Assembly (NCBI GenBank): GCA_013265495.1
Contig: MU058418.1
Span: 1,576,917-1,640,916, forward strand
DNA: 64,000 bases
Reading direction: 5' to 3'
DNA from: Vicugna vicugna
Lineage: Eukaryota
Positions 37,481-50,190 of this stretch are shown in pieces. The stretch's first letter is position 1. Each line of letters opens with the position of its first letter. A program made the translations under genes and the position numbers. A model generated the notes under the pieces. The model saw only the letters and a list, made by a program, of their open reading frames with translations. It was not told where the DNA came from and made no database searches.

Positions 37481-38489
37481 CACTATGTATTTTTCAAGTG
37501 CAGGGTATATGTTAATTCTGCCAGCATTACAGCTGACAAATTTGGAAACATTCGAGGTGGCATATCTCACTCAACTGCATGTACTCCACACTATGTGATA
37601 TAGGCAGTAAATGGAGACGGATTTAAAATCAGGTGATGTGTCTTGTATAAATGTGTGCTTCCACTCTTGATTCAGGCCATTTGTAAAAGTTCTGTATTGG
37701 GGGAAAAAGAACCTTAAGCTGTCATAATTTTTTCTAAGGAGGGGAGAAAAAAACTAAGGTTGAAACAAGAAAATAAAAGCTTCCTAAGAAAACTATGGAA
37801 CCTCCTGCTGACAGCATCCTTTGCCAGAGGTCAAGTGTGGGGAGCAAGAAGATGACAGCAGATTGAGGTGCCCACTCTGTGAAGCCTTGGGGACCAGGGA
37901 AGGGGAAGTGTTTCTGTGCACGATGGGTGAAATGGGGGTTGCTTGGTCTCCCACGGTCTCTGTCTGGTTCAGGCCAGGATTCGCAGGGGCATCTACGTTC
38001 TTTGGTGTTGGAGAAGGGAAGCTTTGAGTCATCCTTTGGACTGATACAAACCAGCAGTGCTCCAGTGCCTGGGCTGTCTCTGAAGAAGAACAGGTAGAGC
38101 CAGGGTCAGATGATGAGAATTTTCCATTTTATTGTGGTGATGGCCTGGAATGCCTAGAATGGTTTATTAGCTTTCACAGAAGGCCTATTCCTTAGGATAG
38201 GAGACTACATTGTAGATCCGCGGTCAAATGGAATGCCTGAATAGTTTGTTTCTCCTCCAATGTTTTGGATACCGAATCTTTCAGGGAAAAGTTTACTGAA
38301 GTGCTGCATAATTGAATTGACTACAAAAGACTGGCTCACATTTACTTGGAGCATTATTTTTATTTTCTCTGCTTTCAAAGTAGACAGTTATATTTTAACA
38401 AAATCCTTTTGTTGTGGTTGTTACAAAGAAAAACTAATCAAAGATACATGTCATCTTAATAACTGTTTGTAAAGTTTATTGATTATGGC

Positions 38490-38975
38490 TGTAATGATGC
38501 TTAATATTTACATAATGCTTTACAGTGTAGAAAAACATTGTTACCTTTTTTCTGCCTGATGCATACACCCCCAACTGGTGAGCAGGAATTATAACCCCCT
38601 TTTCACAGATGAGGAAAGGGGGAAGTCGAGGAATGAGTAAGCACGGAAGTCGCATAACTAGGATGAGATTTGACACTTGAAAATATCCATTATTCACTCT
38701 AGGCCAGTGATCTCTTCTGCATTTTGGGGGTGAAGACCCACAACAGAGTTGGGGCTAGGACCCACAAGTTTTGAGCTCCTGTTAGTTCACTGGCACTGGC
38801 AATGCCATCCATGCATCTCATCCCTTTGAATCCTAACAGCCCCAGGGTAGTTATCACCATCCCCACTTTACTGATGAGAAAAATGTGCTCTGGGAGCGTA
38901 ACTAAGCTAAGCTGATGAGTGGTAGGGCTGGGGTTTGACTAACTCCTGAGCTAACCCCCTTAACCAGTAGTCTGC
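38490..38975 (-). mobile_element. Two MIR relics
   Basis: ccccttttcacagatgaggaaag; ccccactttactgatgagaaaaatgtgctc. Confidence 0.7.
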
Positions 38976-39597
38976 CTAAACCATCCCACGAGGAACACTC
39001 ACCCTACATATTTAAAATGATTAGGTAACAGCAACTTTTATTTCATGAATTTGTTAAATTGTTCTCTTCTCCACTTTTAGACAAGGGTTAACGTACATAG
39101 CTTTTCTGAACTTTTTTTTTTTTTTTTTTTTTTTACAAAATAAGACAAATTTGTAAGACATCAGTCCTTTCCTCTTGGAAGAGAATATTCTTTGGATAAA
39201 ACATTATTATTTGATGGTACTTATAAGAATATGGAAGAAGAAGTTTCTAATCTGTGGAACTGACCTGCCATGTCACAGGGTCAGTAGATGATCTCATGAC
39301 TGCTGCTAAACCCAGATGATGATTTGTTTAACCCTGGGGTTTGGGTATATTAATTGCTTCTTAACACGAATATTTCATTCATTACTTTTGAACCAACGTA
39401 GACTTTCATTGCATTCATTTCTTGGTTTTCATGTTATACTGCTTGTGACTAGGCCCATGTTCTCTGATGGGAGATGCATAACGGGGCCTCGGTTTAGTTT
39501 CTGATGTAACTACACTTATGGTATGAATTGTGCTATGCTGATTAGTGTTGCTGTATTTTCAAATATTAAAAAATGGCACTAACATGGTTTTTCTCAG

Positions 39598-39743
39598 ATG
39601 ACTGCTACGCTGAGAAACTTGGTTGATTCACCACTGGCAAGAAGTAAGCTGCTAAGCATCAGTGCCCTTCCCCAGCTGTGCACGGTGATGGGGCAGTACA
39701 CAGGTGACAAGGATGTCTGCACCAATATTGCCAGAATATTCAG
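39598..39743 (+). CDS. ARMC2: ARMC2 coding exon (146 bp, probably exon 11): MTATLRNLVDSPLARSKLLSISALPQLCTVMGQYTGDKDVCTNIARIF(S)
   Basis: Branch-like cactaac, acceptor gtttttctcag, donor CAG|gtaggt; ARM helix-3 motif ATLRNL; phase 0-2. Confidence 0.95.
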
Positions 39744-40579
39744 GTAGGTAGACTAGGAAAACAAAGCAGCCTTCCAGAAATGTTAATGCTTAGATTTTGG
39801 GGTTATCTTTAATATTTGTTTGTGTGACTGGCAAGGATCCTGTTTTTGCTTTTTACCTCACCTAGAACAAAAGGTAAATCTAGTGGCCCAAGTTAAAAAT
39901 AAGTGATTTAAACCAATGACTCCATTTCTTATGTATTTCTAATGTGAATCTAAACTCATTGATTGTAAGTTACTTTTACTAAAATTGTGAGTTGTGAGTT
40001 ATCCTAGTATTTTTACAAAACAAGCAAATAAAACTTCCTCTCAGCTTGTTGGAGATAAAGAGATACACCACAAAACATGGCAAACTTACTGGTGCACTTG
40101 TAAACGATGCTTGAGGGTTTTAACTCAAAAAAAAGGCCATTGCCTAGAAAGTCTGACCTGACTTAATTTGTAATCAAAGGTTATTTTATTTCAGTTGTTT
40201 GACAGAACTTTGGCTCACGCATTCCCTAGTCATGTTTCTACTTTACTCCAGAAGCAATGATCTCTGAAAACAGGTTGCCTCAAAGTTAGATGTAGCTATA
40301 TTTCAGAACTGTCTTTTAATTATGCTTTTATATTTGTTTCCTCACTGCTCTTTGCCAGTGTTTTCACATAATGATCCCTCAAGAGACCTGGACCTTTCTT
40401 GAACGATAATATTGTAGTTGTTTAACAAAGTACAAAATTTCCTAAAGACTGAACTTGTAATTGACCCCAGCATGAGGATAGGAGTCCAGCTTTGATCTTT
40501 TAGCAATGCACTTTCCTGTCTGGGTACTTAATTACTCCCCTTTTGAAGCCCTGTAAAATCGTGAAGAGTTTCTTCCTGT

Positions 40580-43500
40580 GTACAGCGGCATGTAGAGATC
40601 CAATTTAATTTTTTCCCATGGGGATAGACAATTTTCCCAGCACATTTTATTGACTATGCCATCCTTTTTTTCACTAATTTTGAATGCCTAGTCAGTCAAA
40701 CACAAGGTTCCATCTGCACGCAGGTCTGTTTCTAGGCATTCTGTTCAGTCCATCCTCAGACCAGTACCACATTGTTTTTACTATTATGGATTTTAATCTT
40801 GCTATAAGGTTAATCCATCATTTCTTTTCTCCTTTAAGATACAAATTCTTATTTTCTCTTCTTCATGAATTGGAGAATCAGGTAAAATCCATATAGGAAC
40901 TTTGAATTTTTTTCATGGAACCACACTGAGTATGTAGAGCAGTTGGGATGGAGGTGGAGAGAACTGACATCTTTATGATGTCGAGACTTCCATCAGTAAA
41001 CATTTTTTTGGGGGGGTAGGTAATTAGGTTTACTTATTTATTTTTAGAGGAGGTACTAGGGATTGAACACAGGACCTTGTGTATGCTAAGCATGCACTCT
41101 ACCACTTGAGCTATACCCTCCCCCATCACAACATAAATAAATATTTGTGATGTCTTCTTATAAGAAAATTTTATAATTTTCTCCAAAAAGTTTTTGTACA
41201 TCTTTTGTTGGATGTATTCCTTCATGGCTTTTGCTGCAATTATGAATGTAATCTTTAAAAAAATTCTAATGAATATTGCTTATGTATATGAGTAGTATGG
41301 ATGTAGTTTGCTTGTTAGCTTATATCCAGGAAATCTTGATTAACATTAGGTCTAAAAGTTAGTCTGTAGAGTCTCTTGGATGTTATATGCAAATTATATG
41401 CAAAAGAGGACACTACTGTTTTTTTCCCACTATTACAACTCTTTGCCCCTGTCCCCTCCTTTTCCTTAGGTGCATTGCTTAGGATATCCAATACAAAGTT
41501 GTGAGAGTATTCAGCTGGCTGACTTCCTTCTGACTTTAAAGGAAGTATTTTGGGGGGTTTACCAGTTGAAATTAATATTTGTTATAGGTTTTTGTAGATG
41601 CCCTTTAACAGTTAAGGAACAATTTTCTCTCATTAATGGATTTTAAATTGCTTTGAATGCTTGCCCTAAGTCTATTTTGATTATGTGGATTTTCTTTGTT
41701 TAATTCATTATATTAATGTACTAGATTACGTTAATAGATTTTCTCATGTTAAACCATTATATATTGCTAGGTTTATTTAAATAATATTGTGTTTAGGATT
41801 TTTCACATGGTACGCGTTAGATTGACCTTGAAAGTATGTTTCCTTTCTCATATTGTCCTTGTCTGGCTTTAGTGTCAAGTTTATACTAGCCTCATAAAAT
41901 GAGCTGGGATATATTCAAGCATGGTTCTCTTTTCTAGAAGAATTTCTGAAAATTAAACTTACCTATTTCTTGAAAAGTTTGTAGAACATGTTTCAAAAAC
42001 TGTTTTATCCTGGTGTATGTGTATGTGTATCTGCGTGTATGCATGCATGTGTGAATACTGTTGACTACTGAGTCACTTTCTTTAATGGCTTTATGTCTAG
42101 TCATATTTCCTGTTTCTATTTGAGTCAGTTTCCAGAAGTTATATTTTTATAGGAATTTTTCCATTTATTTAAGTTTTCAAACTAAAATCATTCCAGATAT
42201 TCTCTTATTATCCTTTTAACCTCTGTTGCATCTTAATTGAGCCCCTTATGGTTATATTATTTATTTAACAAGCACTCATACAGTACCTACTATGTGCCAG
42301 GCAATGTTCTAAGCACTTTGCAAAAACTAATTCATTTACTCCTGATAACAACTTTAAAAGGTAGGTACTTTTATTATTATCTTCATTGTGCATATAAGAA
42401 GACTGAGGCATAGAGAAATTTGATAGTTTTCCCAGGGCCATTCAAACCAGGTAGAATTCATACATTTAACCACTATGTTATACTGCCTCTTCATTTTGAT
42501 ATTGATTTTCATTCCTTATTTTGATTGTTTATTATGTTTCTCTTTTTTTTCTTGATGATTCTTGCCAAAGGTTTGCCAATTTTATTAGTTTTTGCAAAGA
42601 ACCAACAGATTTATTGATCCACTCTACTGTATGTTTATTTTCTGTTTTATTCCTTCTGTTCTTATCCTTAGTAATCCCCTTCTTCTACTCTTTCTTGATA
42701 TATTTTTCTTCTGCTTTGGTTAGATATTCAGTTCCTTTCTCTTCAGCCTTCTTAAGGTTATAAATTTTCCTCTAACTACTGCTGCAGCTACATCTCACAA
42801 ATTTTGATTTGTGGCATTTTTGTTATTATTCAGATATAAGTGTATTTTTATTTTTGTGTTTGACCCGTAAGTTTTATGTCCTGAAATCTCTAGAAGTTTG
42901 TTTTTCAAACAATGTATTTTTAATTGATTTCTTTTTTAACATGTTTATTCATTTTTATTTATTTATTTGCTTTCTAATTGAAGTATATATACTTCAATAT
43001 ATATAGAAGTATATATATTTCACTTATATATAATTTATATATAATTGATTTACAATGTGTTAATTTCTGCTGTATAGCATAGTGATTCATTTATATTATA
43101 TATATGTTTCTTTTCATATTCTTTTTCATTATAGGCCATTACTGAATGAAGACACTGAATATAGTTCCCTGTGCTATATAGTAGGACCTTGTTGTTTATC
43201 TATTTTATATATAGTAGTTAGTATCTACTTTGACCAGAAAATGTGATCTGAGACACCAATTCTTTGAAAATTTCCTTAGACTTATTAATGGCCTGGTACA
43301 TGATCAAGCTTTTAAAACATTAATGTTGTTTTACCTATTAATCTGTCACTTAATGAGAGATTTATGATCATCTATCAGTTTGATGTAGGTTTGTCAATAC
43401 TGCCTTGTGGGTTTTGTTTGCTTGCTTAGTTTTGAAAATTTGAAGCTATTCTCAAGGCTTTTTGCCTTACGGTCTATTTTGCCCAATAATAATATACCAC
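40580..43500 (-). mobile_element. Long, very decayed L1 (L1ME/L1M5-like) with nested SINE, MIR (~42255-42490) and a younger L1 3' end (~42925-43228)
   Basis: T-rich antisense ORF2-like motifs (ttttcccagcacattttattga, ctagcctcataaaatgagctggg, cttgccaaaggtttgccaattttattag). Confidence 0.7.
41003..41124 (-). mobile_element. Vic-1-type SINE (copy 5)
   Basis: gaggaggtactagggattgaacacaggaccttgtgtatgctaagcatgcactctaccacttgagctataccctcccc; TSD-like catca..aacat. Confidence 0.9.
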
Positions 43501-43909
43501 TACCACTAGTATATTCAAGCAGTTTAACATTTGCTTCTGATGGAGCTCCAGGAGATTGACTGGTTGGTGTCCAACCAGATTTTATGTAAATTTCTTAGCT
43601 CGTGTTTTCTGAACTACATAGGCAGTGTAAATTCACACCTTGTACATGTGTTAGAGGTTTCAGGTTTCTCTTGTTCAAAGGTCTCTAAAAAATTTTTTCC
43701 CCATGCTCCCATCCCCTGCCCTGCCAAGTCTAGAGCAGACCACAAGCCTCCATGAGGCTTCTCTGGACTGGTGTGTGGAGTACTTCTGGTCTCCTTTTCA
43801 TGCATAGGGCAATGCTTTGAAGGTCTGCATTTAAAGTAACACTACGTATATTTGAGCTTTATAGAAAAACAAAGTTTATTTTTTGTTTTCCCATTTGATA
43901 TTTCTGCAG

Positions 43910-44009
43910 CAAACTTACTTCTTATCATGACTGCTGTGTAGCCTTGGCCAACTATTCCAGATGTTACGCCTTGTTTTTGAATCTGATAAACAAATACCAG
44001 AAGAAGCAG
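43910..44009 (+). CDS. ARMC2: ARMC2 coding exon (100 bp, probably exon 12): KLTSYHDCCVALANYSRCYALFLNLINKYQKKQ
   Basis: Acceptor atatttctgcag, donor CAG|gtcagt; phase 2-0; matches recalled ARMC2 sequence. Confidence 0.95.
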
Positions 44010-44269
44010 GTCAGTTCTTCACACGTTTAATTCTTCAACGTGTCTTTCTTTGCACTGGTGTATGTGTGTAAGCCCAAGTTGAATGACTATGTTTTGAATG
44101 TTCAGGATTCTATTAGAAGCTTCCATTCAGTGTGTAACAGACTGTTTCCAGGAGGCAGAGAGTTCCGCACAGGAGTTGGGGAAGGAGTAGTTTGAGGCAG
44201 GAATGGGCTCAACAGGATGTCGATGCATTAGGAGGATTCATGATTTGGGGTAGAGGGTGGGTGGACTAC

Positions 44270-44455
44270 TACAGTGTCGTTCCTTCCAGTGATCTGTAGA
44301 CCCCTACATGAGAGTCACCTTTCGGTGGGGTGGGGTTACACTGATTATTTCTAAGGCCCAGCCCCAGCCTACTGAGCCAGATGGGTGCAGAGGGGCCTAG
44401 CCAAGAACTACAGGGACTTCTGATGCAAACTATAATTTGGGATCCGCTACACTGG
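44270..44455. mobile_element. MER5-type DNA transposon relic
   Basis: cagtgtcgttccttccagtgatctgtagacccctacatgagagtcacct...cccagcctactgagccaga. Confidence 0.55.
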
Positions 44456-46800
44456 GTATTCTCTGAAGATTCTTCCAGCCCTGAAATTCTCTTAACTTTT
44501 TGATACTGTTGCATTTAGAAGATGACATTTCTAGGTAAGTATTTAAAGGAAATAATTTGGTTTTAATGGATTGGACAAAACTGTGTAAAGCTGTTTAAAA
44601 AAGGAAAGAACTCACAAATGATTTCCCCTTAATAAAATTATAATACTTGATACACATGCTAATTTGTATTATAAGTTTTTGATTATTCACTAAATGCAGT
44701 CTAGTTTATTCACCTTTATAAATGATTCAAGTGACATCAACTCTTTAGTGGAGACAGTTATACATGAGGACAATATATATTCATTTCAATTGTGGTAAAT
44801 TTTCAAAATCACACAGTAGGTTTCACCAGTTTAAAACCAAATAATTTATGTATATACTAAGACTATTTTAACATAAAGTTTTGTGTTTGTTTATATTTGC
44901 CATATCAAAACCACCTCAAAATGTGGTTTGCCACAAATAGCACTAAACTTATTTTTACCCAGCCAAATACTTCTGCTGAGAATGACCAAATTTGTCAGAT
45001 TTTACACTATTATCAGTTATTTACTAAAAAGGTTACTAGTCTCTTTTGGTTATATAGATGATAAAGAAATTTCTGTGCTCATGTTATACCATTACTATAC
45101 TTTAAAAATGATGAAACTTTGCTTAAAGTGTTAATAAGCTTCTATTTAACTTTAAAAAGCAGATTTACAAGTATGCACATGAGTTCCTGATTCTGAGTAC
45201 TTGGAGCACAAATGCTTCCCCCTATGTATCTTCTATCTTCTCTAAATTATAGAATTTGAAAGACTTCAAAGTATAAGAATTTGCTATGTCAGGTGAACAA
45301 TGAATTTGATTAATCTTCCTTAAAATATTCACAGTCTATTGTTAATTTCAGTGTCCACTGAGCATTTATTGATTTAGATTTTGGTACAATGTATTATCAG
45401 AACTCTAATATTTGGATAAGTGAAGTAACCCAATAGGAGCTTAGGCACTCCTATTCTTGGTTTTCTTTTTTAAGGAAAAAATTCAAATGGTAGAAAAGAT
45501 AGTTTACTGTAACATTAAAAGAATCTTTTAGATATCATACTTAAAGAGAGATTTACTTATGGATTTTATTTTTTAGTTTTGTTTTATGGAATTATTTTAT
45601 GGGTTTTCATTGTAATCTTATTTTACCATCATTGTTTCTTCTTTGCTTTGGGGTTTTGATCATGGATGACTTAGATGACAGTAAGTGGAGAAGACACCTT
45701 GGCCTTGCACTAGAATTTTTAAATGTGGGTAAAACATTTCTGTTTAACAGTTTGATTTCAGATTATGTCATAACCCGTAATTTTTTTTTTAAAAAGAAAG
45801 AAAACCCCCATCAGTTCAGTACTGACAAATAGCCCTGTTGTTTTACGGCATTTCTGGCAGGTAACTGTTAGTTTCTGATTTTAGCTTAGGTGATGGCTAT
45901 GGCTAATAAACAGTGAAAAGTCCTGGTATCTTGCTAACGTGAAATATTTGAGATGTCAGCATAGTTAAGGGTGTGCTTTTTCTGGTTCAAGGAACTAAAA
46001 GTTTAATTGGCATAAAATTTTAACACACTTCTTACTGAACTTCTTTCCACTTTGGGCCAATAGTTGTGTGTAAAGCAAAATTGATGTTTAAAAGCCACAT
46101 TTTTCTCCATTAATTTATGTTATAATTTTAAGTTTCTATTGAAATTATTTTGGCCCAAAGAAGAGTAAAGAGCATCTTGCAAGCTAAGTACAGCAACATG
46201 TTGCTTTCAGAACCATCAAAGAAATGTGTAATTTATCCCCCAATCACCAAAATTATTTTAATCATTGTTGTGAAAATCATATTCAATTATATTACATATT
46301 TCCTTGTCTTCTCAGAAGAGGTTAAAAATAATTTAACCTCTTCTTGATGCCAAAGGCCAATATTGCCAGCATTAATTGTTACTCTAGAAGTTATTTGTCC
46401 CACAGTGGGAGCAGGAGCCTATTGATGAAGTTCTTTAAGTGTCTGTGTCTTCTTTTTGTAGATTTCCCTCTCTCCCTTTCTGTTGTTGTTAAGTTTGCCT
46501 TTGGTAATCCTTATCTGTCTTTTGCAATTATTTGCAATTAGGAGGGGGACCTCATAACCAAACTTGTTAAAGTAACACTTAAAAAAAATAACATTTAAAA
46601 AGTCTAAAATAAATTTGAATATGATAGGTTCTTAATGAGAAAGGCTTGAGGGACTCTTTGATGAAATTTCTCTTGTCCCTTCTCATCTTCAGAAGCCAAT
46701 TCACATTTCAAGATGTAGCTCTTGTGTTCCCTTCTCTGTAAAGACTTCGAAGACCAGTCATTTTCTTCCTCAACAGTGCATCATTTTATTTTTATTTTTC

Positions 46801-47020
46801 AAATGTTTGTAGCAGCTTTATTTGTAATAGCCAAAAACTAGAAACAACCAAATTTGTCCTTCACTGGATGAATGGCTAAACAAACTATGGAATATCGACA
46901 CTGTGGAATACTATTCAGCCATAAAAAAGAATGAACTATTGATACACACTGCAACCTAGATGAATCTTCAGAGAATTACACTGAGTGAAAAAAGCCAATC
47001 CCAAAAGGTTACACGCTGCA
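46801..47020 (+). mobile_element. L1 (L1MB/MC-like) ORF2-end fragment flanked by TGCATCATTT direct repeats
   Basis: aatgtttgtagcagctttatttgtaatagccaaaaactagaaacaacc...ggaatactattcagccataaaaaagaatgaa. Confidence 0.85.
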
Positions 47021-47413
47021 TGCATCATTTCAAAGACTTTAACATAGCTAGTACACCCACCTAGTACAGCCAGAGCTAAAGACCCAAGTAGTATGTCACT
47101 GATCTTAACCATTTCACTATTATTAAGAAAAATTATCCAAAACTTAGAACTGGGGTGTGGGGTGGGAACCTAAATGTCCTGACAAGTTATATTGGGTCAT
47201 TGTTTAACAGGCAGGGCTTAATTCTCAAGGAGAATGTATCTTTGTTTAAACTTGTTGTTTACTATTTGATTAGAACTCAGACACTATAAAGTTACATATT
47301 AATTTGTAGATTTTTTTCTGGTAGACAAGCTAACCTCAAAGTTATGGTTTATTACCCTTAAGCTATTAGCCAGGTGTGTATCCAACTAGTAATCTTATTC
47401 TAACATTCTTTTT

Positions 47414-48167
47414 TTTTCTAACATTTTTTATTGATTTATAATCATTTTACAATGTTGTGTCAAATTCCAGTGTTCAGCACAATTTTTCAGTCATTCATGG
47501 ACATATACACACTCATTGTCACATTTTTTTCTCTGTGATTTATCATAACATTTTGTGTATATTTCCCTGTGCTATACAGTGTAATCTTGTTTATCTATTC
47601 TACAATTTTGAAATCCCAGTCTATCCCTTCCCACCCTCTACCCCCCTGGTAACCACAAGTCTGTATTCTCTGTCCATGAGTCTTTAGATTCCACATATGA
47701 GCGATCTCATATGGTATTTTTCTTTCTCTTTCTGGCTTACTTCACTTAGAATGACATTCTCTAGGATCATCCATGTTGCTGCAAATGGCATTATGTTGTC
47801 TGTTTTTATGGCTGAGTAGTATTCCATTGTATAAATATACCACACCTTCTTTATCCAGTCACCTGTTGATGGACATTTAGGCTGTTTCCATGTTTTGGCT
47901 ATTGTAAATAGTGCTGCTATGAACATTGGAGTGCAGGTGTCATCCTGAAGTAGATTTCCTTCTGGGTACAAGCCCAGGAGTGGGATTCCTGGGTCATATG
48001 GTAAGTCTATTCCTAGTCTTTTGAGGAATCTCCACACTGTTTTCCATAGTGGCTGCACCAAACTGCATTCCCACCAGCAGTGTAGGAGGGTTCCCCTTTC
48101 TCCACAGCCTCTCCAGCATTTGTCATTTTTGGATTTTTGAATGATGGCCATTCTGACTGGTGTGAGG
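47414..48167 (-). mobile_element. Young 5'-truncated L1 (camelid/artiodactyl lineage), ORF2 C-terminus intact
   Basis: ORF 47684-48151 encodes the CCHC knuckle [18 protein letters not shown] and ...MEYYSAIK...SLICGI; perfect 13-bp TSD TAACATTCTTTTT at 47401-47413 and 48168-48180; TT/AAAAA endonuclease site on the - strand. Confidence 0.95.
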
Positions 48168-50036
48168 TAACATTCTTTTTAATGCTTGTAAACACCCAGT
48201 TCTTTGATGGTTCTTGGAGCCAACTTTACCATTGTATTGGCTTCCCTTATTAATGAGATAAATAATATTTTATTATGTTAATTTTATATTTCTATGGGAG
48301 CCATGTTAACTTCTTACAAATTATACTTTGACTCTATACTATCTTTTACTTATGCATAAGAATGCAATGTTAGTTTTGAATCATCTTTGATTTTTTTATC
48401 ATAAGAGAAATAGATACATGATCTGTATTTTCCTCACAACCAAAATATTTTAGAAGAGCACGGGAATTATTCAGGCAACAAGGAAGAATTTTATGTCCCA
48501 ACTACTTCCTAAAATCATAAGCCAAAAGCTGTCAGGGATCCTTGTAAATATTTCTTTTGTGATTCTCCAAATGGTTATCATTTGTGTAGCTGCTTCACCC
48601 ACTGTTGGGATTTCCTAAGGACACAGGCCTTGTCTTGATAAACCTGAGGTGATGCTTGGCATAATGGACTCATGATAAGTGCTCAAAGCATGAGTTTTGA
48701 GTATGTGAAATGCTTTGGAATCCGTCAAGTATTATACAGTATTTCTTCTAGTCCTTTAGCACTTCTTCCTTAAATATTTACTTTCTTCTTCCTGCTTTGG
48801 AGGAGGAAATAATAATAATTTTTCTCACTTTTTTTTTTTAAATTGGTGGACTGCCATAACAACAGCAAAACAAAAATGATGGACCTTAAATGACTTCAGC
48901 ACAGCATCCTAGCAGAGCATTCCTGTTCCCCTTGGCCCAGGTGGGCAGTATGATGTGATTCGTTTTTCCTCTTTGCCTAGAGATTAAAGTAATTTCCAGA
49001 AACCCCACATCATATGCTGATGTGAGTGTATTAATCTATAGGGGCTCAAACTTTGCTACACCTGAGGCTTACTTGGGTGTTGAGGCTTTGAACTGATCTC
49101 TGAAACATACATACATCAGTCCTCCAGCAATTTTAAAAGGGAATTATTACTTCCTAGAATTATGTTTTTTTTCAGCTCTAGGAAATGTTTCTCCAAGACT
49201 AACTTGGGTTGTAGACACATGCGTACTTCGGAAGTTCTATGATCTCTTCATGTACATAGCTGTCACCCAGTGATTAAACAATCAGAAAGAGTCTATAGAC
49301 CTTATCTTTGTTCTCAGAGGTTAGTGTTGCCTTTGTCTTAAAAGTCTGAGGACTACATTGGCAATCAGCCGAGATTTCATTTTTCTAGGACTCATTTTTA
49401 AATTAAATCTTGTTATGGCTAACTGTATTTTTGAAGAACACAGGAACAAAAATCTCAAAAAAAAAAAAGGAAAGGAAAAGAAAAAGAAAAACTCTCTTTA
49501 GTAATAAATGAACTGTCACCTACACACACCTCTTTCAGTGATTTTTATCAGTCAGGTGAGGAGGTTGGCAGGAATCTGTGGCCAGCTGCTTCCAGAGTTC
49601 ACTGGGGAGGCGAGGGAATCCTGCTTGGAATCAGCTAGCACCAGAGCTGGGTGCTCGGACAAGTAGAGTATTTCCTCCCCCATCTGATGTTGTTTTCCAT
49701 TCAAGGGGAAAAAAGGAAAAGAAATTGTGTGACAAAATGTCAAAAGTAAAAAATTTTCCCTTTTTTTTTTACATTATTCATATTCATCTCTTTTCAAGGT
49801 TAAAGTCTGACTTCAGCAAATGAGAATGGGTGTTTTTTAATGTCCTTAATCTGTCCCTATTAAGTCAGTTGATAGTGAAGTGTTAAGGGGGAGGGGAATT
49901 TTCATGTTTATTTTCTACACATTGGTGTTGTGAGAATTATTTACAAGGAACATGGATTCATATTATTTTTAAACATGATATCTAAACAGATAGTGGGTGT
50001 TAAGGTAGTAAGATTTCTAATTTTCTCTTGATTTGA

Positions 50037-50190
50037 ATCAGTGGGTCCTAAACTTGGGGATCTTTAAAAGTGCATGTTCTCAGGCCCCACCCTGGGAAAT
50101 TCTGATTCAGGTCTGGGATGGGGCCCCAGGACATAGTTTTAAGTTTCCTCAGGTAATTCCAGTGAAGAACAGGTTTGGGAACCTGTGGTA
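50037..50190. mobile_element. MER5A-like relic
   Basis: cagtgggtcctaaactt...caggccccaccctgggaaattctgattcaggtctgggatggggccc...ctcaggtaattc. Confidence 0.7.

Noticed and set aside
36995..37570. 191-aa ORF, the longest in the track
   Set aside because: Largely overlaps L2 3'-end sequence; no recognisable domain.
47684..48151. 155-aa ORF with a CCHC motif as a host gene
   Set aside because: It is the C-terminus of L1 ORF2 in a truncated insertion.
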